DNA of 64,000 bases from Squalus acanthias (lineage: Eukaryota). A program made the position numbers and the translations under genes. The stretch spans positions 4,838,001 to 4,902,000 of the forward strand of contig JASTWF010000033.1 of assembly GCA_030390025.1 (NCBI GenBank), in the 5' to 3' direction. This document shows positions 25,262 through 38,737 of this stretch, in pieces. The first letter of the stretch is position 1. Each line of letters starts with the position of its first letter. The notes beneath the pieces were generated by a model. The model saw only the letters and a program-made list of their open reading frames with translations, was not told where the DNA came from and made no database searches.

Positions 25262-27475
25262 CTAAATCATCAAACTAATACAGCCCCTCAAAATAATACA
25301 GTACCTCAAACTAGTATAGCCCCTCAAACTAATGGAGCCCCTCAATCTAATACAGACCCTCAATCTAGTATAGATCCTCAAACTAATACAACCCCTCAAA
25401 CTAATACAGTCCCTGAAAATAATACAGCCTCTCAAACTAGTATAGCCCCTCAAACTAATACAGCCACTCAAAGTAATACAGCCCCTCAAACTAATACAGT
25501 ACCTCAAACTAATACAGACCCTCAAACTAATACAGTACCTCAAACTAATACGCCCCCTCAAACTAATACAGCCCCTCAAACTAATACAGCCCCTCAAACT
25601 AATACAGCCCCTCAAACTAATACAGCCTCTCAAACTAATACAACCCCTCAAACTAATACAGCCCCTCAAACTAATACAGACCCTCAAATTAATACACCCA
25701 CTCAAACTAATACAGCCCCTCATGCTAATAGAGCTCCTCAAACTAATACAGCCCCTCAAATTAATACAGGCCATTAAACTAATACACCCACTAAAACTAA
25801 TACAGCCCCTCATACTAATACAGCCCCTCAAACTAATACAGCCCCTCAAACTAATACACCCACTCAAACTAATACAGCCCCTTATACTAATAGAGCTCCT
25901 CAAACTAATACACCCACGCAATCTAATACAGCACCTCAAATTAATACAGGCCATTAAACTAATACACCCACTAAAACTAATACAGCCCCTCAAACTAATA
26001 CAGCCCCTCAAACTAATACAGCCCCTCAAATTAATACAGGCCATTAAACTAATACACCCACTAAAACTAATACAGCCCCTCAAACTAATACAGCCCCTCA
26101 AACTAATACAGCCCCTCAAACTAATACAGCCCCTCAAACCTATACAGCCCCTCAAACTAATACAGCCCCTCAAATGAATACAGCACCTCAAACTAATACA
26201 GTACCTCAAACTAATACAGCCCCTCAAACTAATACAGCCCCTCAAACTAATACAGCCCATCAAACTAATACAGCCCCTCAAACTAATACAGCACCTCAAA
26301 CTAATACAGCACCTCCAACTAATACAGTACCTCAAACTAATACAGCTCCTCAAACGAATACAGCTCCTCAAACTAATACAGCCCCTCAAACTAATACAGC
26401 CCCTCAAACTAATACACCCACGCAATCTAATACAGCCCCTCAAATTAATACAGGCCCTCAAACTAATACACCCGCTCAAACTAATACAGCCCCTAATACT
26501 AATACAGCCCCTCAAACTAATACAGCCCCTCAAACTAATACAGCCCCTCAAACTAATACAGCCCCTCAAACCTATACTGCCCCTAAAAACTAATACAGCC
26601 CCTCAAACTAATACAGCCCCTCATATTAATACAGCCCCTCAAACTAATACAGCCCCTCATATTAATACAGCCCCTCAAACTAATACAGCCCCTCAAACCT
26701 ATACTGCCCCTAAAAACTAATACAGCCCCTCAAACTAATACAGCCCCTCAAACTAATACAGCCCCTCAAACTAATACAGCCCCTCAAACCTATACTGCCC
26801 CTAAAAACTAATACAGCCCCTCAAACTAATACAGCCCCTCAAACTAATACAGCCCCTCATATTAATACAGCCCATCAAACTAATACAGCCCATCAAACTA
26901 ATACAGCACCTAAAAAAATACAGCCCCTCAAACTAATACAGCCCCTCAAAAAAATACAGCCCCTCAAACTAATACATCACCTCAAACTAATACAGCCCCT
27001 CAAACTAATACAGACCCTCAAACTAATACAGCCGCTCAAACTAATACAGCCGCTCAAACTAATACAGCCCCTCAAACTAATACAGCCCCTCAAACTAATA
27101 CAGACCCTCAAACTAATACAGCCCCTCAAACTAATACAGCCCCTCAAACTAATACAGCTCCTCAAACCTATACAGCCCCTCAAACTAATACAACTGCTCA
27201 AACTAATACAGCTCCTCAAACCTATACACCCCCTCAAACTAATACATTACCACAAACTAATACAGCCCCTGAAACCTATACAGCCCATCAAACTAATACA
27301 GCCCCTCAAACTAATACAGCCCCTCATACTACTACATCTCCTCAAACCTATACAGCCCCTCAAACTAATACAGCCCCTGGAACTAATGCAGCTCCTCAAA
27401 CTAATACAGCTCCTCAAACTTATGCAGCACATCAAAGTAATGCAGCTCCTTAAACTAATACAGCACCTCGAACTA
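25262..27475. repeat. 18-bp minisatellite (CAAACTAATACAGCCCCT), about 120 units
   Basis: Directly visible tandem array. Confidence 0.96.
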
Positions 27476-27669
27476 GTAGCCAGTCCCGCCCACCACCTCT
27501 CTGGTCCAAAATCCTGTAATCTCGTATTCCCACGAAATCACAGTGCATGATATCTCTCTTGCCAGACAAGATTAGTTCGTTACCAGGCTAACAAAAACTG
27601 ATTTTACAGATTATTTGAAGAGTTTAACAATGCGAATTCTAAATACATTTTTAAAAGTCTTGATTTTAT

Positions 27670-29705
27670 TTCAGGAGGTGGTCACACTGTAGATTAAGGG
27701 TGTGCAGGCAGAGAGGGAATGGGTGACCGCCAGACAGTAAATGAGGACAAGGCAGGTAGTGCAGGAGTCCCCTGAGTGCATCTCGCTCTCTAACCGGTAT
27801 TCAGTTCATAATACTGGAGAGGACGATGGTTCATCTGGCGAGTGCAGCCAGAGCCATGTCCAGAGCACCTCGGGTGGCTCAGCTGTGCAGTGGGAGGCGG
27901 GGCGGGTGGGGGGAGAAAGATCAGGAAAGCAACAGTGATAGGGGATTCAATAGGTAGGAGAGTAGAGAAGCGTTTCTGCGGCCACAGACGTGAATCCAGC
28001 ATGGTATGTTGCCTGCCTGGGGCCAGGGTCAAGGATGTCACTGAGCGGCTGAGTAACATTCTGAGATGCGAGTTTGAAAAGCCAGAGGTCATTCTCCCTA
28101 TCGGTACCAATGACATCATTAGAAAGAGGGATGATGTTCTGTAAGCAGATTTTAGGAATCTAGGAAAGAGATTAAAATCAGGACCTCCAAGGGTGTCATC
28201 TTCGGATTACTCCCGGTGACTGTGCTGGTGAGTATAGAAATAGGAGGACAGAGCAGATGAATGCGTGGCTGTGGAAATTGTACAGGAGTGAGTGTTTTAT
28301 ATTCCTGGGAAATTGGGACCGGTTCTCGGCGAGGTGGGACCTGTACAGGCCTGAGAGGTTGCACCTCAACAGGTCCGAAATCAATCGCCTCGACGGTGCG
28401 GGGGGGATTGCTCGTGCTGTTGTGGAGGTTTTAAACTAATTTGGGAGGGGGTGGGCACCAGGCTGTAGCTTTAGAAAGGAGAAACAAGGTGCACAAAGGA
28501 TTGGGAGAGACAGATGGCACAAGACTAATAAATAATAAGGTATTGGCCTAGAAATTCGGGTGGCCGGTTTGCCGCGTGGGTAAGGATTGCGCGCGCTCTG
28601 ACCCACCACGCCTGCCGTTGTGTTTCGGGTCTACAGGAACTTCGGGTCCTGGTCCTCTCCCTGGTGCCGGCGAGCAGTGCTTGCGTGTTCCAGGGACGCA
28701 GTTGGTGCGATGCGACCCCTAGGATCACGTGAGCCATGGAGAGCCAATGGCAGCACACCATCTTTCATTCATAAATTTGACAGGAGACCTGTCAAATCTG
28801 TGAATTGAAATCGGCCCCAAAAGAACAGCTGAACCTCAAATAAATTTTAAAAAACCATCACATTAATAAAATAACTATAGTTAAATAAATTAAACACTTT
28901 AAACAAAAATTTTAGTTTTTGAAAAAATTTAAATACTTTTTAAATGTTAGAAGAATAAACTTACCTTTCTTTAAAGTCTGTAAAAAAGATAAACCTGCTG
29001 AAAACATTTTAAAATTATACTTAATTAACTACTTACCTTGTTCAAAAGGTGTCTTACGCCTCCTTTTTACTTGCGTAGAATCTTCACTACTTCCCCTCGC
29101 GTTGAAACCTGAAATAAAACCTTAGTGTGCTGCGTGCGCGCAGCCTCTAGTGCGCACGCGGCTCACCTTGGAACCGCCCCCGATGCCATACCGGAAGTGC
29201 CGGTTTCCCGCGCATGTGCAGTACATGCAGGAAACCGGCACTTCGGGAATGAATACGGGTGAGTTCACAGTCGGTACTCACCCGAGAACGGCCGAATTTT
29301 TGGGCCATTATGTGGGGTCAGACTAAGAGAATACAATACAGGCTTACAGTGCATGTGGGTAAATGCATGAAGTGTGATAAATAAGGTTGGTGAGCTGCAG
29401 GCGCAAATAGCCACATGGGAAATTGATTTCATGGTGAAAACGGAGACCTGGCTCAAAAAAGGGCAGGATTGGGTACTAAATATTCCTGGGTAGAAGGTGT
29501 TCAGGAAAGAAAAGGAATGGAAGAAAGTAGGAGGTGTGGCAGCATTGATTCAGGAGAATGTTACAGTGCTGGAGAGAGAGGATGTCCTGGAGGGGTCAAG
29601 GACAGAATCTATTTGTTTAGAGTTAAGAACTAATAGAGGTGCCATTACATGACTAGGTGTATTTTATAGAACAGCAACTAATGGGAAACATATAGAGAAG
29701 CAAAC
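27670..29705 (+). mobile_element. Old CR1: ORF1 esterase region and start of the ORF2 endonuclease, interrupted by a MITE
   Basis: VIGDSIGRRVEKRFCGH...CCLPGARVKDV...IGTNDI (GDSL/SGNH esterase); after the MITE, CMWVNA.SV.NK..ELQAQI....ETWLK. Confidence 0.85.
28545..29306. mobile_element. 762-bp MITE, probably PIF/Harbinger superfamily
   Basis: TIRs ggcctagaaattcgg / ccgaatttttgggcc (13/15), 3-bp TSD ATT (28542-28544 and 29307-29309), non-coding AT-rich core. Confidence 0.8.
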
Positions 29706-29707
29706 AT

Positions 29708-32700
29708 GCTAAACAGCGGAAGCAGCATGTTATAGACACTGCTAAGGGATTCCACAATCAAAGGATCAGAACAAAGCTCTGCAGTCCTGCCACATCCAGT
29801 CGTGAATGTTGGTGGACCATTAAACAGCTAACGGGAGGATGAGGCTCCAGGAATATCCCCAAACACAATTAGTGCAAAAGGCAAGACTGAAGCGTTTGGA
29901 ACCATCGAAGCCAAACGTGCCAAGTGGATGATCCATATCGGCCTCCTTCTGAGGTGCCCAACATCACAGAACCCAGTTTTCAGTCAATTGGATTCACTCC
30001 ACGTGATAACAAGAAAAGGCTGAGCGCACTGGATACAGCAAAAGTTATCGGCCTGACAACATCCCGGATGTCGTGCTGAAGACTTGTGCTCCAGAACTAG
30101 CCGCAACTCTAGCCTAGCTGCTCCAGTACAGCTACAACACTTGCATTTACCCGACAATGTGGAAAACTGCCCAGATATATCATGTCGACAAAAAGCAGGG
30201 CAAATCCAATCCGACAAATTACCACCCCATCAGTCCACTCTCAATCATTAGTAAAATGATGGAAGGTATCATCGACAGTGCTATCAATCGGCACTTACTC
30301 TGCAATAAGCTGCTCACCAACGCTCAGTTCAGGTTCCGCCAGGATCAATCGGCTCCAGAACTCATTACAACTTTTGTCCAAACATAGCCAATAGAGCTGA
30401 ATTCCGGAGGTGAGGTGAGAGTGACTGCCCTTGAAATCAAGGCAGCATTTGACCGACTATGGCATCAAGGAGCCCCAGGTAAATTGAGGTCAATGGGAAT
30501 CGGGGCGGGGGGGGGGGGGGGGACCGCTCCACTGGCCGGAGACATACCGAGCACAAAGGAAAATGGTTGTGGTGGTTGAAGGTCATTCATCACCGCCCCA
30601 GAACTTCGCTGCAGGAGTTCTTAACGGCAGAGTTATAGGCCCAACCATCTTCAGCTGCTTCATCAATGGCCTTCCCTCCAATATAAGGTCAGAAATGGGG
30701 ATGTTCGCTGATGACAGGAAGGAGAAAAGCAAAAGTGGAAGGCAGAGAAATCAGGGGAGTAAATCAAACAGGGCCACAGTAAATAATAATTCTAAAAGGA
30801 CTAAGAGTGTTAATGCAATGAGCATTCGTAATAAGATGGATGAATTAGCTGCGCAAATAGATGTAAACAGATATGATATAATTGGGATTATGGAGACATG
30901 GCTCCAGGATGACCAAGTCTGGGAATTCAACATGCAGGGGTATTCAATATTCAGGAAGGACAGTAAAAAAGGAAAAGGAGGTGAGGTAGCATTGCTGGTT
31001 AAAGAGGAGATTAACACAATAGTAAGGAAGGATATTAGCTCTGATGATGTGGAATCTGTATGGGCAGAGCTGAGAAATACCATGGGGCAGAAAACGTTAG
31101 TGGGAGTTGTATACAGACCCCCAAACAGTAATGCAGAGTTTGGGAATGGCATTAAACGGGATATTAGAGACGCGTGCAATAAGGGCACAGCAGTTATCAT
31201 GGTTGACTTTAATCTACATATAGATTGGGCTAACCAAATTAGTAACAATACTGTGGAGGAGGAATTCCTAGAGTGTATACGGGATGGTTTCCTGGAACAA
31301 TATGTCGAAGAACCAACGAGAGATCAGGCCATCTTAGACTGGGTGTTATGTAACGAGAAAGGATTAATTAGCAATCTTGTTGTGCGAGGCCTCTTGGGGA
31401 GGAGCGATCATAATATGATAGAATTCTTCATTAAAATGGAGAGTGAAGTAGTTGATTCAGAGACTAGGATCCTGAATTTAAATAAAGGAGACTACGATGG
31501 TCTGAGGCACGAGTTGGCTAGGACGGATTGGGAAACGTTACTTAAAGGGTTGACGCTGGATAGGCAATGGCAAAAATTTAAAGATCACATGGATGAATAC
31601 AGAATTTGTTCATCGCTCTTTGGCATAAAAATAAGACAAAAAATGTGACTCAACCGTGGCTAACAAGGGAAATTAGGAATAGCTTAAGATCCAAGGAGAG
31701 GGCATATAATTTGGCCAGATAAAGCAGCAAACCTGAGGATTGGGAGCAGTTTAGGATTCAGCAAAGGAGGACAAAGGGGTTAATTAAGAGGGGGAAAATT
31801 GATTGTGAGAGTAAGCTTGTAGGGAACATAAAACTGACTGTAAAACCGTCTATAGATATTTAAAGAGACAAAGATTTGTGAAGTCAAGCGTAGGTCCCTT
31901 GCAGTCAGAATCAGGGGAATTTATAATGGGGAACAAAGACATGGTGAGCAAATAAATACATACTTTGGTTCTGTCTTCACAAAGGAGGACACAAATAACC
32001 TCCCAGAGATGTCGGGGAACATAGGGTCCAATGCGACGGAGGGATTGAATGTAATCAGTATTTGAAGGGAAATGGTGTTAGGGACATTGTTGGGATAGAA
32101 GTCCGATAAATCCCCTGGGCCTGATAATCTACATCCTAGGGTACTTAAGGAAGTGGCCCTAGAAAAAGTAGATGCATTGCCGGTCATCTTCCAAAATTGT
32201 ACATAATCTGGAACAGTTCCCATGGATTGGAGGATAAAAGATGTAATAACGGAGCACTTGGAAAACAGTGACAGGATCGGACAAAGTCAACATGGATTTA
32301 CAAAAGGTAAATCATGCTTGACTAATCAACTGGAATTTTTTGAGGATGTAATTGGTAGAATAGATAAGGGAGAGCCAGTGGATGTGGTGTATTTGGACTT
32401 TCAGAAGGCTTTCGATAAGGTCCCGCATAAGAGATTAGCGTGGAAAGTTCAATCACACGGGATTGGGGGTAAGGTACTGTCTTGGATAGAGAACTGGTTG
32501 GCAGACAGGAATGAAGAGTTGGAATAAACCAGTCTTTTTCTGAGTGGCAGGCAGTGACAGGTGGCGTATTGCAGGGATCGGCGCTAGCACCCCAGCTATT
32601 CACAATATATATAAATGATCTAGACGAGGGAACTAGATGTAATATCTCCAAGTTTGCAGACGACACAAAGCTGGGTGGGCGTGTGTGCTGTGAGGAGGAT

Positions 32701-34487
32701 GCAGAGAAACTCCAGTATGATTCGGACAGGTTGGACATTGGGCAGAAGCATTGCAAATGCAGTATAATGTGGATAAATGCGAGATTATGCACTTCGGTGG
32801 CAAAAACAGGAAGACAGATTATTATCTGAGCAGCAATAGATTGGGAAAAGGGGAAGTGCAACGAGACCTGGGTGTCCTTGTGCACCAGGTGCTGAATGTA
32901 AGCATGCAGGTGCAGCATGCGGTTAAGAAGGCAAATGGTAAGTTGGCCTTCATAGCGAGAGGATTCGAGTGCAGGAGCAAGGATGTCTTGCTGCAGTTGT
33001 ACAGGGCCTTGGTGAGACCACACATTGAATATTGTTTGCAGTTTTGATCAACTTATCTGAGGAAGGATGTTCTTGCCATGGAGAGAGTGCAGTGATGATT
33101 CACCAGACTGATACCTGGGATGGCAGGAATGATGTATGAGTATAGATTGGGTCGATTAGGCTTATATTCAGTAGAGTTTAGAAGAATGAGAGGGGATCTC
33201 ATTGAAACTTATAATATTCTAACAGGACTAGACAGACTAGATGCAGGAAGTATGTTCCCGATGGCGGGGTAGTCCAGAACCAGGGGTCACAGTCTAAGGA
33301 TATGTGGTTAGCCATTTAGGACAGAGTTGAGGAGGAATTTCTTCACCCAGAGAGTGGTGAACCTGTGGAATTCTCTGCTACACAAGGCAGTTGAGGCCAA
33401 TTCATTACATATATTCAAGAAGGAGTTACATATATTTCTTAAGGCTACGGGGATCAAGGAATATGGGGAGAAAGCTGGGACAGGGTACTGAATTTGGATG
33501 ATCAGCCATGATCTCATTGAATGGCGGAACAGGCTCGAGGGGACGAATGGCCTACTCCTGCTCCTATCTTTTATGTTTCTATATTTCTATGTTTCTATGT
33601 CTGCACAGTGTTCAGCGCAATTCACAACTCCTCAGATAATGAATCAGTCCATGCCCGCATGCAACAAGACCTGGACAACGTTCGGTCTTTTGCTGATAAG
33701 TGGCAGGTAACAATCGCACCACAGAAATGCCAGGCAATGACTATCTCCAACAAGCTAGAGTCTAACTACCTCCCTTTGACATTCAACGGCATTACCATCG
33801 CCGAATCCCCCACCATCAACATCCTGGGGGTCACCATTGACCAGAAAGTTAAATGGACCAGCCACTTAAATACTTTGGCAACAAGAGCAGGTCAAAGGCT
33901 AGGTATTCTGCGGCGAGTGTCTCACTTCCTGACTCCCCAAAGCTTTCCACCATCTACAAGGCACAAATAAGGGGTGTGATGGAATAGTCTCCACTTGTCT
34001 GGATGTGTGCAGCTCCAACAACACTGTAGAACCTGGACAACATCCAGGAAAAAGCAGCCCGCTTGATTGGCTCCCCATCCACCACCTTAAACATTCACTC
34101 CCTGCACCACCGGCGTACCGTGGCTGCAGTGTGTACCATCTACAAGATGCACTGCAGCAACTCACCAAGGCTTCTTAGGCAGCACCTTTGAAACCCGCGA
34201 ACTCTCCCACCTTGAAGGACAAGGGCAGCAGGCGCATGGGAACACCACCACCTCCAAGTTCCCCTCCAAGTCACACATCATTCTGACTTAGAAGAATATC
34301 GCCGATCCTTCAACGTCGCAGGGTCAAAATCCTGGAACCGCCTAGCTAACCCCCTACCCTTCACCAGACGGACTGCAGCGGTTCAAGAAGGCCGCGCACC
34401 ACCACCTTCTCAAGGGCATTTAGGGATGGGCACTAAATGCTAGGCATTGTCAGCGACGCCCACATCCCGTAAACGAATAAAAAAAAA
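29708..34487 (+). mobile_element. Distinct poly(A)-tailed CR1/Jockey-group LINE, split by a CR1 insertion (30717-33600)
   Basis: KSNPTNYHPISPLSIISKMME, IKAAFDRLWH, FADD|CTVFS across the insertion, INILGVTIDQK; ends aataaaaaaaaa at about 34487. Confidence 0.85.
30717..33600 (+). mobile_element. CR1 LINE ORF2 (endonuclease plus RT), degraded, with internal deletions
   Basis: NAMSIRNK..., ETWL, VYRPP, VDFN, GRSDH, FADDTKLGG; (tttctatg)n tail. Confidence 0.95.
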
Positions 34488-34990
34488 TTCTGGGCATCAC
34501 CCCTTAAGAAGATAGTATCAGGCTTAAAAAGTGAAGCGTAGATTTACCAGAGTGCTACACAGAGTCCAAGGGATAAATTACAATCGGAGATTACACAAAC
34601 TACGGTTGTATTCCCTGGAATTTGGAAGCTTAAGTGGTGATTTGATTGAAGTATTCACGATATTAAGGGGAACTGATAGTGTCGATAGAGAGAGGCTATT
34701 TCCGATGATTGTCTAGTCGAGCACTCGGGGACATAGCCTCAACATTAGATCCAAGCCTTTCAGGAGTGAAGTTAGGAAAGACTTCTACATGGAATGAGTG
34801 GTAGAAATTTGTAACTCTCTTCCACAAACAATAGTTAAAGCTGGGTCAATTGTCAACTTTGATTGATAGATTTTTGTTAACCAAAGGGCTTAAGGGATCT
34901 GGAGCAAAGAGATGGAAACAGAGTTAGGTCACAGATCTAATTGAATGGCAGAAAGGCTCGAGCGGTTAAAAGGCCTACTCCTGTTACTAT
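34488..34990 (+). mobile_element. Old CR1 3' fragment
   Basis: KRRFTRVL...LYSLEF..LSGDLIEVF; 3' UTR gaatggcagaaaggctcga..ggcctactcctg. Confidence 0.8.
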
Positions 34991-35038
34991 TCTCATTGTT
35001 AAAGGATCAGAGCACGAATGTACAGATGATTACCGCGA

Positions 35039-35111
35039 TTTAAAAGCAGCGCTTGGAACCCTGAACCCTCAGATTAAAAGTCTGATGCTCTACCGACTAA
35101 GCTACCCGTGC
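35039..35111 (-). pseudogene. tRNA-Lys(TTT) pseudogene (T-loop and 3' acceptor strand degenerate)
   Basis: Minus strand gcacgggtagcttagtcggtagagcatcagacttttaatctgagggttcagggttcc follows vertebrate tRNA-Lys-TTT up to the T arm. Confidence 0.85.
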
Positions 35112-36222
35112 TTTTGTTGGCTAAAGCGCAGAAAAGGACCTTCATTTGCTGCCGTGCTTCATTGCAGCCTCGGCAAATTCCATTTCTTGTCCAGTAATCC
35201 AGCCTGTGCAGCGCATTTCTCTCACAAATCCAGACTGACTGCCTCAAACCGGCTTCACTTCAGAAATATTCTCCCTCCCACAAACGACATGCTCTTTAGC
35301 AGCAGCGTCAGATGTGACAAGTGCCGTCCCCCAGATATCCGTATTGGATCTTCAACTTTTAACCGTATTTATAATTGACTTGGATGGGACAATAGAGCGC
35401 TGTAGATCCAAGTTTGAAGATTGCACTAAGTTCGGAGGCACGAAGTCGTGCAAATGGGAACGTGGAGGTAACCAAAGGGGCAGAGACTGTTGAAGTAAGC
35501 GGGCAAACAATGGCAAATCGAGTTCAGTGTGCGCAAGTGTGACATCATCCACTTTGGAACAAAGTAAGAGAGTTCGGAGGATTTTCTAAATGCACGCATA
35601 CACACACTTTTAGAGATGTCCAAAAGTGCTTCACAGAGGTTTAGTCAAAACTTGGATGCCAAACCCCAAAAAGGAGCTATTAATGTTCCCAAAAGACTGC
35701 TGAAAGATCTCGGTTTATGGAGCGTGTGAAAGGAAGCGACGGAGAGGTCCAGGTGGAGGGCTTTAGGCAGGGAATTCCAGAGCATGACGCCTACACTAAT
35801 ATTGTATCATTTTCTCATGTGCTTGTTATCGGGCCGCAGTGTTTCACCAAATTTACATTAACAGATATGAAGTTATTAGATGCGGGTAAATTATCATTAA
35901 AATGGACCAACATGTTCTGAATTGTTACCCGAATCCCAGCCACAAAGTAAATGTAGCCTCACACGGTTGCAGTTCTATATATGTATACATGGAATCAGTT
36001 CCCATTAGTTCATTTTAATGGAGGAACATGATCCATCTACAATGTTTTATAAATCATTTTATTTGAAATGAGTACTCGTGAAAGTGTTTGAGTGGGAATG
36101 CATTGGATAACAGCGCAGCTGCCAATGGTTGCGGAATATTTTTTGTGCACCCAAAGCGCACATTGACAACCTGAAACAGTTTGGAACTGAATCCTTAAGG
36201 GAAATAAAACAGTTCAAGGTTC

Positions 36223-36290
36223 TGTGCATGGGTGGGTTCGAATCGCCAACTTTTACGGTTAAAGACGCTATCCGAGTGCACTGCAGAGAC
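36223..36290 (-). pseudogene. tRNA-Asn pseudogene with anticodon-arm deletion
   Basis: gtctctgcagtgcactcggatagcg...aaccgtaaaagttggcgattcgaacccaccca; flanks are paralogous to the Asn copy at 47102-47176. Confidence 0.75.
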
Positions 36291-36564
36291 TAGTGCCAGC
36301 TAATATAAGACGCCCTGAACCAGGGTGTCAGTGAATTAAAGCTTCAGATTGCTCGGATCAGGATGCAACTTGTCCACTATCAGTTTTACTGTTAAAATAA
36401 AGGGTGGGATATTGATTGTGGATAATTGGCAGCAGTCTGGTCCCGCACACAGCAGACACATACATGTCACCGCCAACCAGCTCTCCCGCAACTGGCGCGG
36501 TCTCACATCCAGACTTGTCTGTGACGAAGTATTCTGATTGTCTCGAAGCCGGTATTAGGTTTAA

Positions 36565-38441
36565 GCCCTGTTTTCTCCCCTTCTCCAGTCTCTTCCCACC
36601 TACATCCGCGACTCTTCCAACACGCTCCGCCATTTTAACAGTTTCCAGTTTCCTGGACCCAACCGCCTCCTTTTCACTGTGGATGTTCAATCCCTCTACA
36701 CCTCCATTCCCCACCAGGATGGCCTGAGGGCGCTCCGCTTCTTCATTGAACAGAGACCCAACCAGTCCCCATCCACCACCACCCACCTCCACCTGGCTGA
36801 ACTTGTTCTCATATTGAACAACTTCTCCTTTTACTCCACTCATTTCTTCCAAATCAAAGGTGTTGCTATGGGAACCCGCATGGGTCCCAGCTATGCCTGC
36901 CTTTTCGTGGGATATGTGGAACATTATTTGTTCCAGTCCTACTCAAGTCCCCTCCCTCACCTCTTTTTCCGGTACATTGATGATTGTATTGGTGCCGTTT
37001 CCTGCTCTCGCCCTGAACTTTCATTCACTTTGCTTCCAATTTCCACCATTCCCTCACCTTCACCTGGTCCATCTCCGACTCTTCCCTTCCCTTCCTAGAC
37101 TTCTTCGTCTCCATCTCTGTGGATAGGTTATTGACAAACATTCACCACAAGCCCACTCAATCCCACAGCTACCTGGACTGCACTTCCTCCCACCCCGCCT
37201 CCTGTACGGACTCTATTCCCTTCTCCCAGTTTCTCCATCTCCGCTGCATCTGCTCTGACGATGCCACCTTCCATACCAGTGCTTCCGACATGTATTCCTT
37301 TTTCCCCAATCTAGGATTCCCCTCTACTGTGTTTGGCACGGCCTTTGACCGTGTCCGTTCTATCTCCCGCACTTCTGCCCTCACCTCTTCCCCTCCCTCC
37401 CTGAACCACGATAGGGTTCCCCTTGTCCTCACCTTTCACGCCACCAGCCTCCACATTCAACGGATCACCCTCTGCCATTTCCGCCACCTCCAGTGTGATC
37501 CCACTACCAAACACATCTTCCACTCACCTCCCCTTTCAGCATTCCGTAGGGACCACTCCCTCCGCGACACCCAAGACCACTCCTCTACCACCGCCAGCAC
37601 CCCTTCCCCTTCGACCGGCACCTTCCCGTGCAAGCGCAGGAGATGCAGCACATGCCCTTATACCTCCCCCCTTCCCACTGTCCAGGGCCCCAAACACCCC
37701 TTCCAGGTGAAACAGCGATTTACTTGTACTTCCTGCAATTTAGTATCCTGTATTCGCTGCTGACGATGTGGTCTCCTCTACATTGGGGAGATCAAACGCA
37801 GATTGGGTGATCACTTTGCGGAACATCTCTGTTCAGTCCGTAAGGGGGACCCCAAGCTCCCAGTCGCCTGTCACTTTCATTCTTCGCACCACTCCCACTC
37901 AGACCTCACCGTCCTCGGCCTCTTGCATTGTTCAACTGAAGCTCAGTGCAAGCTCGAGGAACAGCACCTCATCATTCGATTAGGCACTTTACAGCCACCT
38001 GGACTCAAATAGAGTTCAACAATTTCAGATCATAACCTCGGCCCCTGTCATATATATATTTTTCATCCAGACGTTGTGTCTGTGTGTTTTTTTCTTCTCT
38101 CCCACATGGCAGCTGTCTTTCATTCTGCCAGCGCAATTCACACTTCATCGAGAGCCATCCTTTGTTTCTTAACCTGTCCCATTACCATCTCCTTTTGCCT
38201 TGAATATCTCTTAATGTCTCTTAACCTCTCCTGCCTTCTATCTTATCACAGACCTTCCCTTTTGTTCTTTCATCCCCTCCCCCCTTTCCCAGCCCTTGCA
38301 TTTGCTTAAAAATCTGTTCAAATTCTGCTTTTTTTCCTGTTCTGACGAAATGTCATCGACCTGAAACGTTAACTCTGTTTCTCTCTTCACAGATGCTGAT
38401 TGACCTGCTGAGTATCTCCAGCATTTTCTGTTTTTAATTTA
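36565..38441 (+). mobile_element. Penelope-like element (RT, GIY-YIG endonuclease, pLTR end), 5'-truncated
   Basis: DVQSLYTSIPH, GVAMGTRMGPSYACLFVG, FFRYIDD, LYIGEIKRRLGDHFAEH; flanked by tattaggtttaa / tattagtttttaa. Confidence 0.93.
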
Positions 38442-38737
38442 TATTAGTTTTTAATTCCTGATGTGCAGTCGCGAGAATCTTTTAAATGGCTCCAATCAGT
38501 TAACTTCCCCACTAACATCAGGGTAAATGTTCCAGCATCTTAAACCTGGGAAATGTGCTTTGACCGCCTCTGGTCAGTCGGGCAGTTCAGCCCTTCATTC
38601 TCCTCTCATTCCGTTTCCCAAAGCTTTTGTATTGATTCTAAAACTGCTAAATGTGTTTTCTTGTTTGGTTCTTTTCGATGTTTCCCGCTCCCAATTGTCA
38701 CTATTTCCAAATGTCGTCGCAATCCTCCGCCTTACAT

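Noticed and set aside
25256..27435. (PQTNTA)n and (LRGCIS)n ORFs resembling antifreeze or ice-binding repeats
   Set aside because: In-frame 18-bp minisatellite with stops and frameshifts, and no signal peptide or exon structure.
30563..31648. 361-aa ORF with RT motifs upstream of an endonuclease (novel domain order)
   Set aside because: Chance in-frame junction between two nested LINEs at about 30716.
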